IMG/VR virus record: IMGVR_UViG_3300013767_000192 | Coordinates: 1-33,129 of that record | From: a virus | Lineage: Duplodnaviria > Caudoviricetes | Reading direction: 5' to 3' (one strand) | Length of the DNA stretch: 33,129 nucleotides | In this document: piece after piece, positions 26,091 to 33,129 of the stretch | How the letters are laid out: the number at the start of each line of letters is the position of its first letter | Position numbering within the stretch: the first letter of the stretch is position 1 | Program-made: the position numbers and the translations under genes | The notes under the pieces: generated by a model | What the model saw: the letters and a program-made list of their open reading frames with translations, nothing else | Told to the model about the DNA's origin: nothing | Databases searched by the model: none

Positions 26091-27109
26091 TGCGCACCGT
26101 CGAGTCGCGCGAGTGCTCGTCGAGCGGCGTCGCGGCCCTCTTCGACGTACGCGCGACGGAGCTCGCGATCGCGCAGCGCCGTCAGCGGATTGCCGGCGAG
26201 CGCCACCTGCGGCTCGATGATCACGATCTCGACCGGGCGCGCGTAACGGAGACCCACCGCCTCCTTGATCTGCCGCAGCTGCAGCTCGCCGAAGCCGTTG
26301 GTCCCGGCGAGCCGCTCGACAGCGGCGAGTTGGCGGTTGATCTCGGCCGCCTCGTTCAGATCGCGGTTGAGCCGCTCGGTGATGAGGATGTCGATGATGT
26401 GCGCCGCCAGCTGGCAGCCGGAAAGGTGGCTCGTCTCCGCGACCGACGGAGACGGCCGGATGACGAAGATGCGATCGATTTCCGGATCTTCGAGCGCCTG
26501 GCGGATCGGCGTGTTGTTCACGATCCCGCCGTCGACGCACTCGCGTTGGCGCACCACGACCGGCGCGAAGATGCCCGGCACCGCTGCGGACGCCGCCGCG
26601 ACGTGCGCCATCTCGGCGACACGCTCGGGGTACTCGAAGTCGAGCCCGCGGTAGCCGATCACGCTCTCGTGCGTCGTCGTGATGGTCAGGCCCGTGCCCC
26701 ATGAATCGATGCCCTCGAGGTCGGTGAGCACGATCCGCAGGTCCACGTCGCGGCGCGCGCCTGGCAGGTACGCCACGAGGTGCGCGCGAATCAGCTCCTC
26801 GAGCTTGTGCGAGCGCGACAGCCCTCGCCCGCGCGCGAGGTCGCGGAGGCTCAGCTCGATGAAGTTCCACCACTCGGCGTGCTCCGCCCAGAACAGCGCC
26901 AGCTCCTCGGCGGCGTCGCGCTCCTTGCCCGCGCGGATCGCCGCCGCGTAGTAGACCGCGTTGAGCGCGCCCGAGCTCGATCCGACGACGCGCGCGATCG
27001 GAACGCCCGCCTCGGCGAGCGCGGCACACGCGCCGGCCTCGAACGCGCCCTTGGCGAGCGCGCCCGAGAGCACGAGCGCGCTGCGGCGCGGTTGAGTCAC
27101 GGTGAGCAT
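26087..27109 (-). CDS. Patatin-like phospholipase (start 27109 preferred over 27214)
   Basis: ALVLSGALAKGAFEAG oxyanion loop, GSSSG nucleophile, ASAAVPGIF, DGG catalytic Asp. Confidence 0.93.
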   Translation of the reverse strand: MLTVTQPRRSALVLSGALAKGAFEAGACAALAEAGVPIARVVGSSSGALNAVYYAAAIRAGKERDAAEELALFWAEHAEWWNFIELSLRDLARGRGLSRSHKLEELIRAHLVAYLPGARRDVDLRIVLTDLEGIDSWGTGLTITTTHESVIGYRGLDFEYPERVAEMAHVAAASAAVPGIFAPVVVRQRECVDGGIVNNTPIRQALEDPEIDRIFVIRPSPSVAETSHLSGCQLAAHIIDILITERLNRDLNEAAEINRQLAAVERLAGTNGFGELQLRQIKEAVGLRYARPVEIVIIEPQVALAGNPLTALRDRELRRAYVEEGRDAARRALARLDGAQ

Positions 27110-27126
27110 CGATCGATTCGGGGTGA

Positions 27127-27498
27127 TCAGGCGGACGCGCGATGCTTCGTCGGGCGAGACCGTTTGCGGCGTGCTGCGTTCTCGTCGGCCCTGAGCCGCA
27201 GCATCGCGCGCCACTCGCGACGCCGCTTCTCGGCCGCCTGTTGCTCGCGCGCGCGGCGCGACTTGCGAAGATCGCGACAGGTCAGGACGGCGCGATGAGC
27301 GGCGTTGATCTCGTCGAGGTGCTCGGCGGTCCAGAAGATGGTCGGCCCTTCGTGCAGAGCGAACCCGAGCTCATAGGAGCGGAACCAGCCCGGCACCTCG
27401 ACGAACGCGGGGATGTACAGTGCGCCGTTGCCGCCGCCGGCCTGGTGCGAGACCAGCCACTCCAGCCATGCGACCTTGACGAAGCGACGAAAGTTCAC
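27127..27498 (-). CDS. Hypothetical protein (123 aa, basic C-terminal helix)
   Basis: GGAGG RBS with GTG start; co-oriented, non-overlapping. Confidence 0.7.
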   Translation of the reverse strand: MNFRRFVKVAWLEWLVSHQAGGGNGALYIPAFVEVPGWFRSYELGFALHEGPTIFWTAEHLDEINAAHRAVLTCRDLRKSRRAREQQAAEKRRREWRAMLRLRADENAARRKRSRPTKHRASA

Positions 27499-27624
27499 GC
27501 GTGGCCTCCGGCTGGTGTTGCGCTCTCACTCATTCGTACGGCAGAGCTGGGACAGATTGGTCGGCGCGATTCGGCAGATCTCGATCCGTTTCACGCGGTT
27601 AAGGCGATCGGCGTGCACCAAAAA

Positions 27625-28110
27625 CTATTTTTCGATGCTGTCGATGACGCGCTGAACGTGCGTGCGCGAGCAGCCAAGCCGTCTGGCGAGACGGCGAACC
27701 GTGTAGGCGCGCCGGCGGTACTTCACGCCGCGGCTGCGCCCGTCCTTGTCCTTGTAGGCGACTGCGATCCGTTCGCCCTCGACAATCAACCGGACGATCT
27801 CGGTCATGAGCGGCGTGACCGGCGTCAGTGGGCGATCTTGCTGCTCGCGCAGGCGAAGATTTGCGTCGTCCAGTGATTCGGCGTTCTCGTCGGGCAGCTC
27901 GTCACGCCCGATCACCCACTCCGCGTTTTCAGCGCGAGCGTGGCACTCCGGGCAGACCTTGTTCGTGTCGTGCCTGCCGATGCGTCCGGTCTTGGCGTCG
28001 TAGGAGCAGATCGCGCAATCGCGTCGGCCGTGGTTCCGCGCATACGCGAGGGCGCAAGCGTTCGAGCACAGCCAGAAGCTCGACTCCACTCCGCACTCCA
28101 CGCACGTCAT
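27625..28110 (-). CDS. Zinc-finger + C-terminal HTH protein, candidate late transcription regulator
   Basis: ATG 28110 (ATGA overlap, GGAGG RBS); CxxC/CxxxC pairs; YTVRRLARRLGCSRTHVQRVI HTH. Confidence 0.78.
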   Translation of the reverse strand: MTCVECGVESSFWLCSNACALAYARNHGRRDCAICSYDAKTGRIGRHDTNKVCPECHARAENAEWVIGRDELPDENAESLDDANLRLREQQDRPLTPVTPLMTEIVRLIVEGERIAVAYKDKDGRSRGVKYRRRAYTVRRLARRLGCSRTHVQRVIDSIEK

Positions 28111-28367
28111 CGGCCACCTCCGGTTGGAATTTCGGATTCCATGAACCGAGCCAACGCACGCTCGGCGAGCCGATGCACGACGCGCGCCTCGCCGACCCAC
28201 GCGTTGATCCAGTCGAGCGCTTGGTGCACACGCTCGCCGATGATCGGCACGTCGTAGCTCGGGAGGATCTCGCACCGCAGCCGCGTGGCTTCGCCCTCGG
28301 TGACGTACAAGACCTCGCGCGCACGCCCGAGGCGCTGCACCAGATCATCTCGCCGTGCGCGGCTCAA
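28107..28367 (-). CDS. Hypothetical protein (86 aa)
   Basis: TTG start with GAGG upstream; stop coupled to next ATG. Confidence 0.6.
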   Translation of the reverse strand: MSRARRDDLVQRLGRAREVLYVTEGEATRLRCEILPSYDVPIIGERVHQALDWINAWVGEARVVHRLAERALARFMESEIPTGGGR

Positions 28368-28385
28368 CGGCCGGCCTCGTCCTGT

Positions 28386-28799
28386 TCACGCGACATCGAG
28401 ATCTCCGGGTGCGAGAGACAATGCGTCTACCGACTCCGCGTCGGTTCGCTCGTCGGGGAAGAAGGCGTCGAAGGCGGAGTTGCCGGGGCCCGCGAGGTCG
28501 GCGAGCTGGCTCCGGATCTTGAGGAGCGCGGTGAGCTCGATCTGCCTCACGCGCTCCCGGGTGATGCCGAGGAACGTTCCGACCTCCTCGAGCGTGTGCG
28601 GCCCGCGGTCGGCGACGTCGAGCGCGCAGGTGTCCTTGGCGGGCTCAATCGAGCGCACCTTGAGCCGACGCGATCCGGGCAAGATCTTGCTCGCGAGGTG
28701 GTAGCGGCAGTGGACGAACGCGCACGGCCGAGGTCCATCGACGCAGTCGCCGCGGGTGCACGGCATCTCCGGAACGACGACCAGTTTGACGAACGGCAT
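28386..28799 (-). CDS. Stand-alone sigma-70 region-4 HTH protein with Cys/His-rich N-terminus
   Basis: AAGGAG RBS, ATG 28799; TRGDCVDGPRPCAFVHCRYHL, TCALDVA, TLEEVGTFLGITRERVRQIE (region 4.2 signature). Confidence 0.88.
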   Translation of the reverse strand: MPFVKLVVVPEMPCTRGDCVDGPRPCAFVHCRYHLASKILPGSRRLKVRSIEPAKDTCALDVADRGPHTLEEVGTFLGITRERVRQIELTALLKIRSQLADLAGPGNSAFDAFFPDERTDAESVDALSLAPGDLDVA

Positions 28800-28848
28800 C
28801 GCGTTCTCCTTCCTGCTCGACGAGACTCGAAACGTGGGGGCTGCCGGC

Positions 28849-29077
28849 GCTCCCCGAACGGGGAGCAGCAGATGCTTCCAAGTCGGGGAGCACGAGGTCG
28901 CCCGAGGACTGCTCCCCGGCGATCTCGGATTCGTGCTGCTCCCCGCTCCCCTTATAGGGGGAGCGGGGAGCACTGCTCCGGGAGCGCTCCGGGAGCACGG
29001 GGAGCAACTGCTCCGGGAGCGCTCCGGGAGCAACGGGAGCACTGCTCCGGGAGCGCTCCGGGAACAACGGGGAGCAG
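28849..29077. repeat. Palindromic direct/inverted repeat cluster, candidate replication origin
   Basis: Three copies of CTGCTCCGGGAGCGCTCCGGGA at about 34-bp period (28973-29063); perfect 15-bp inverted repeat 28937-28972 with TTATAG loop; more GGGGAGC/GCTCCCC copies at 28849-28917. Confidence 0.85.
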
Positions 29078-29086
29078 TAAGACGGC

Positions 29087-30103
29087 TCACCTTCGCACCC
29101 CCTTCCAGATCTCCCAGAAGAGGTCGTTTCGGACCCTCAGGCCGAGCTTTCGGAGGTGCTCTTGACACTCGCGCCCGCTCGCGCTCGGGTGGCCGAACTT
29201 GAACGCGATGATCGTCTCCTCGATCGCCTCGTCGCGGTTCTCCTTCGCCGTCTCGCGCTCCCCGACGACGAGGCGCAGCGTCGCGCCGTCGTCGGCGTGG
29301 CCGTCCTCGACGGAGAACTGGAACGGCTGTCCAGGCGGGCCACCACGGTTCTCGATGCGGAAGACCTCGGTCGTGAGCTCGTCAGGAGCGCGCGCGTACA
29401 AGTTGAAATCGCCGAACGCGTTGAAGTCCGTCGAGCCGCGCGACTCGCCGAGCTTGTTCGCGTGGTGCGCGATCACGAACACCGCGCGTGGACACGATCG
29501 CGCGAGCGTCCGCAGGAACGAATGAATCGGGCCGAGCTCGTTGGCGCGGTTGTCGTCGATCGAGTGCAGGCGGACGAACGGATCGAGCCAGCAGAACGCC
29601 AGATCGTCTACGGCCTGCAGCGTCGCTGCGAGTCGCGCCTGATGCTCGAGGTTGTCGAGCGCGAGCGCCGGCACGTCGATGAGGTACAGCTTCTCGGGAA
29701 CCTCGACGCCGCGTGCGCGCGCCAGCCGATGGACGCGCCGCGACGTCTCGCCCTTCGGATCTTCGGCGAAGAAGCCGACCGCGGTGCCGGTGTGCTCGAC
29801 GGCGTAGGCGCCGAGCGCGTCGGTGCCAGTGGTAACCGAGAGCGCGACGTCGGCGAGCATCAGGCTCTTTCGCGCCTTGGCGGGGCCGAACAAGTAGCCC
29901 GCCGTTCCGTCGTCGCCGTAGCGCGGGATGAGCCCGCGCACGAGCCACTTCTGCTCGGCGATCTCGGCGACGTCACGCACGGAGACGAGTGGAAATCCAG
30001 CTGACGCCCCACCAGCATCCAGCGGCATCGGCTCGGCACCTTCCAGCGCCGCAACGCGCGCGCCGTCGCGGTAGCTCGACGAGATGTCGGCGCCGCCGCT
30101 CAT
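29087..30103 (-). CDS. AAA_25 / RepA-like (RecA-fold) replicative helicase
   Basis: KWLVRGLIP, GPAKARKS, FFAED, WLDPF, IAHHANK, RGSTDF. Confidence 0.88.
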   Translation of the reverse strand: MSGGADISSSYRDGARVAALEGAEPMPLDAGGASAGFPLVSVRDVAEIAEQKWLVRGLIPRYGDDGTAGYLFGPAKARKSLMLADVALSVTTGTDALGAYAVEHTGTAVGFFAEDPKGETSRRVHRLARARGVEVPEKLYLIDVPALALDNLEHQARLAATLQAVDDLAFCWLDPFVRLHSIDDNRANELGPIHSFLRTLARSCPRAVFVIAHHANKLGESRGSTDFNAFGDFNLYARAPDELTTEVFRIENRGGPPGQPFQFSVEDGHADDGATLRLVVGERETAKENRDEAIEETIIAFKFGHPSASGRECQEHLRKLGLRVRNDLFWEIWKGVRR

Positions 30104-31116
30104 GTTGTCGTCTCCGGTGTCGCCGGCCGGAAGCGTCGCACGTCGAGGCGGCGGGGCAGCGCGGCGCGGATCTGTTGCGCGTACCGGTCGCCGGAGGCGT
30201 CAGGGTCGGTCGCGATCACCACCGGCGCATCCGGCCAGCGCACGCGCGCGAGCGCATCGGTCCCGGTCGTCGACATGACGCCAAGGACCGCCCACGGCTT
30301 TCCCGCTTCTGCAAACGCGAGCGCCATCGTGACCGTGTCGGTGAGCCCCTCGCAGATCGCGATACCGCCCGTGTCCGCCGGCGCCGCGCCACGCAGCACG
30401 GCGACACCGCGCGCATCCGCGAGCACGAGTCCCTTGGCCGAGCAGCCGCGCGGCCACCGTTGGCGCTGATCTGGTTCGACGTCCGTCACCGCTCGCGCAT
30501 GCAGGCTCGCCGCGTAACCGTCGGGCTCGTACGCGAGCACCGCCACGCGGTAGATGCTCGCCCACGTCGATGGCCACCAACTCGGCCAGGCGAATGTCCG
30601 CGGCAAAACTCGCACCATCCCGAGCCGGTCGAGATGCGGCGGCCACCATCTGCGCGCGGAAGTGAAGCGCATGATGGCGAGACTTGAGGGCGGCGGAGCA
30701 GCGTCGATCACCGCGAACGGCCCGGCTGCATTCCAGAGCGAGAGCAACTCCGCTTGATGCGGTCGTGCTGGCGCCGGAGCCCGACGTGGTGGCGCCGGCT
30801 TGTCGCCGACCGGCCCGGCGATCTTCACCGCCTCTTCGAGCACACGCACAAAATCGCGGCACAGGTCGAGCCCGCGCGCGGAGGCGATGAGCGAGAGCGC
30901 ATCGCCCGTCGCGCCGCAGCCAAAGCAGCGCACGCGCACGGTGCCGTCGGGCCCGACGGTGATGCTGCACGACGGACCGCGCTCGGCATGCCACGGACAG
31001 CACACCAAGAGGCCGCGCGGCTGCTGCTTGGCACCGTCGGTGATCCCGAGCGCCGTGGCAAGCGCCGCCGGATCGGTGAAGCGCCGACGGAGCTCGTCAA
31101 CCCGCGCGCGATCCAT
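30100..31116 (-). CDS. DNA primase-like protein (CHC2 zinc finger + TOPRIM); start 31116 or 31125
   Basis: CPWHAERGPSC...CFGCG zinc finger; ICEGLTD and ATDPDASG TOPRIM motifs; ATGA overlap with helicase. Confidence 0.88.
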   Translation of the reverse strand: MDRARVDELRRRFTDPAALATALGITDGAKQQPRGLLVCCPWHAERGPSCSITVGPDGTVRVRCFGCGATGDALSLIASARGLDLCRDFVRVLEEAVKIAGPVGDKPAPPRRAPAPARPHQAELLSLWNAAGPFAVIDAAPPPSSLAIMRFTSARRWWPPHLDRLGMVRVLPRTFAWPSWWPSTWASIYRVAVLAYEPDGYAASLHARAVTDVEPDQRQRWPRGCSAKGLVLADARGVAVLRGAAPADTGGIAICEGLTDTVTMALAFAEAGKPWAVLGVMSTTGTDALARVRWPDAPVVIATDPDASGDRYAQQIRAALPRRLDVRRFRPATPETTT

Positions 31117-31174
31117 CGGCCCCATGCTCCAGCTCGGCGAGAACGGTGTTGCAGATGCGATGGTTCAGCCCCAT
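31097..31174 (-). CDS. Putative 25-aa ORF MGLNHRICNTVLAELEHGADGSRAG
   Basis: AAGGAG upstream of ATG 31174; stop overlaps the primase 5' end. Confidence 0.4.
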   Translation of the reverse strand: MGLNHRICNTVLAELEHGADGSRAG

Positions 31175-31284
31175 GGCGTTGCTCTCCTTGGCCGCGGGCA
31201 GACCCGTGGCGTTGCGCCCGGCACGAGGGCGGTGAGCCGGCGGCGGCATCGAGCGTTGCCGCAGTCGCTACATCCGGCAACCGC

Positions 31285-31746
31285 TCAGAACGCGATGTCG
31301 TCGTCGCCTGAGCCGGAACCTCGCAGCGACGGCGATGTGCGGCCGTCGGTGCGCGTGTTGAAATAGATGTTCTCGAAGTCGCCGCGCGTTCGCTTGGTCA
31401 CCTCGAGCTCGATGTCGAGGAGGCGCTCGAGCGCGCCCGGCAGATCCGACAGCTTCTCCAAGTCGACGCCGCAGAGGTGTAGATCGCTCTTGAGCCACGC
31501 GATCATCTGCGGCGACGAGAGAACGCTGTTGCGGAAGAGGAGGCGATTCTTGAACTGCCCGTCGAGGATCTTCAGCCTCCACTTCAGCATCGCATTTCCC
31601 GAGGTCCGAGCCGTCGTGATCTCGACGCGATCGACGACAACGCGGTACTTGCCGTCGGGAATCTCGCCGAACTGCCTTTCGTCGACGGGCGCGGCAGCGT
31701 AGGCGTCGTCGAACTGCGTCAGATCGATCTCGTCGTTGCGGCTCAT
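31285..31746 (-). CDS. DUF669-like single-stranded DNA-binding protein
   Basis: IPDGKYRVVV...SGNAMLKWRLKILDG; acidic tip DDDIAF; ATGA-coupled to the ATPase. Confidence 0.85.
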   Translation of the reverse strand: MSRNDEIDLTQFDDAYAAAPVDERQFGEIPDGKYRVVVDRVEITTARTSGNAMLKWRLKILDGQFKNRLLFRNSVLSSPQMIAWLKSDLHLCGVDLEKLSDLPGALERLLDIELEVTKRTRGDFENIYFNTRTDGRTSPSLRGSGSGDDDIAF

Positions 31747-32567
31747 TGCGGCCTCCCGTTTTCGGAACGAGTTGAACGCGTCGCGACGGCACGCAGGCGC
31801 GGTGCAGGCGCAACGGGCGGTGCTGCAGCCGGAGCGGTCGGGGGCGCTGGCGTCGGAGATGGAGTGGGCGGCGTCGGCGTTGCGCAGGCCTCGGCAAATT
31901 TCGCGTAGTCGAGGTCGAGCACCTCGGGAAGGCGCCCGGTACGATCGCCCGCTTCGTAGTTCGCGTGCGGCTTGGTGCGCAGAACCCGCCGGCTTGTGTG
32001 CTGGCCGTCGGCACCCGTGGCGAGCTCGATGTCGCAGTAGAGAATGATGTCGACGAAGCCGAGCACGATCTTGCGCGCCTTGTCCGGCAGCGTCGGCACG
32101 ATGCGCGTCACCTTGCCGGTGCGCGTTTCGATCTCGCGCTCCTGCGCGTGCGACACCAGGATGAGTCCGTAGGGCAGTTGCGCGAGCTTGGTGAGCACGC
32201 GCTGGAACTCGGAGTTGACGAGCGCGTACCCTTTGCCGAACTCGAGGTCGCTCTCGTGCTCGACGCCGTATTTCTTGCACACGTGCTCGGCGCACATCCG
32301 GTAGGCGTTGTCGACGGTGTCGAGCACGATGGTCTTGAACTCGTGCTTGCCCTCGGCGATCTCGGCCGCGATCGTCAGCAGCTTCTGCCACGAGTCGATC
32401 GGCACCTGGAACACTTCGAGGTTGTTCAGGCCCGGCTCGGTGGCGAGGAACAGCGCGCCCTCGGCCTTCGAGCACCACTCGGACTTCCCGATCTTCGGCG
32501 ACCCGTACACGAGCACCGTGAGGTCGGCGTGGCTGGTCTTGGGAGGCGTCTTTTGCGTGGGTAGCAT
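31743..32567 (-). CDS. Sak4-like AAA_24 ATPase (single-strand annealing/recombination)
   Basis: VYGSPKIGKS, ATEPG, TIVLDTVD, FGKGY, LVSHA, AGDRTG; AAGGGG RBS, ATG 32567. Confidence 0.9.
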   Translation of the reverse strand: MLPTQKTPPKTSHADLTVLVYGSPKIGKSEWCSKAEGALFLATEPGLNNLEVFQVPIDSWQKLLTIAAEIAEGKHEFKTIVLDTVDNAYRMCAEHVCKKYGVEHESDLEFGKGYALVNSEFQRVLTKLAQLPYGLILVSHAQEREIETRTGKVTRIVPTLPDKARKIVLGFVDIILYCDIELATGADGQHTSRRVLRTKPHANYEAGDRTGRLPEVLDLDYAKFAEACATPTPPTPSPTPAPPTAPAAAPPVAPAPRLRAVATRSTRSENGRPQ

Positions 32568-32581
32568 GGTGGTGGCCCCTT

Positions 32582-32944
32582 TCAATGTGCCGCGCACGGG
32601 CGGCAGTAGATGCGGTAGACGGCGACGCCGTCCGCGTCCTGGCCAGCGTCGGAGACATAGAACTCGTGCTCGACGTCGATCACCGATTCGAGCTCGATGC
32701 GGTGGAACACGCCGTCGAGGCGCAGCCACGGGTGCGGGCTCGCGAGCGGGGCGCGACGGAGGAACGTCTCCACGGCGCGGAGGTTCTTGCGCGCCTCCGC
32801 CGCCAGGTGATCGCCGTCGTGGCCGAGGTCGACATCGGCCAGATCGTCGAGGCAGCCCAGCGCGCAACGGGCGGCCTCGATCGCGTCCTCTCTCGTGCGC
32901 GCCGACTCGTACGACCATCGCGACTTCGACAGGCGCGGGCTCAT
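32582..32944 (-). CDS. Hypothetical protein (120 aa); C-terminal half resembles the upstream ORF
   Basis: AAGGAG RBS; ATG 32944 overlaps the upstream stop. Confidence 0.75.
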   Translation of the reverse strand: MSPRLSKSRWSYESARTREDAIEAARCALGCLDDLADVDLGHDGDHLAAEARKNLRAVETFLRRAPLASPHPWLRLDGVFHRIELESVIDVEHEFYVSDAGQDADGVAVYRIYCRPCAAH

Positions 32945-33129
32945 GCTGTCGGCTCCTTGGCCGCGTGCGGCCGGTGGTAGACCGCGTAGAGCTGCTCGCC
33001 GCGGTCGTCGCGCTGAACGGCCTCGCAGAGGAAATCGTCGCTGCGCTTGCCCGGCCGTACGGGCTCGATCACCTCGCCGAGCTCCGAGCGCCGGAACAGC
33101 CCCGGCAACTTCACCCAATCGTCCGTCAT
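32941..33129 (-). CDS. Hypothetical protein (62 aa)
   Basis: Co-oriented ORF coupled to the next gene and similar to its C-terminal half. Confidence 0.7.
   Translation of the reverse strand: MTDDWVKLPGLFRRSELGEVIEPVRPGKRSDDFLCEAVQRDDRGEQLYAVYHRPHAAKEPTA

Larger units (their letters stand above)
1..33129 (-). mobile_element. Prophage / temperate myovirus segment with Mu-like morphogenesis genes and a primase-helicase replication module (ends not in window)
   Basis: Co-oriented, often ATGA-coupled run of terminase, portal, protease, capsid, sheath, tube, tape measure and baseplate genes plus replication genes. Confidence 0.96.

Noticed and set aside
26087-27109. CBASS system with CapV-like effector
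   Set aside because: No CD-NTase or ancillary Cap genes nearby; the patatin is embedded in the phage operon.
28937-29077. CRISPR array
   Set aside because: Repeats are contiguous with no unique spacers, and no cas genes are present.

Overview
High-GC (roughly 70% by eye) prophage/temperate myovirus segment, almost entirely on the minus strand. Read right to left: (i) replication/recombination module (two small paralogous ORFs, Sak4-like AAA ATPase, DUF669-like SSB, CHC2-zinc-finger/TOPRIM primase, AAA_25/RepA-like helicase) followed by a palindromic repeat cluster that looks like the origin; (ii) regulators (stand-alone sigma-70 region-4 protein, Zn-finger+HTH protein); (iii) a cassette at the usual lysis position with a patatin-like phospholipase, a beta-rich protein, RusA and a single-TM basic protein, but no recognisable endolysin; (iv) ParB-fused DNA methyltransferase and small/large terminase; (v) a Mu-like head, neck, contractile tail and baseplate module (DUF935 portal, I/Z protease-scaffold, capsid, gp36, G, gp37, gp38, sheath, tube, frameshifted chaperone, tape measure, N, P, gp45-48) ending in a short fibre. 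Three plus-strand genes (Cys-rich lipoprotein, 34-aa hydrophobic peptide, membrane-anchored protein) and an HNH nuclease gene interrupt the late operon. No integrase, transposase, repressor, tRNA or CRISPR array is visible. The sigma-4 protein and GC content suggest a myxobacterial host (inference). All family calls come from motifs recognised by eye plus synteny; no database search was run.
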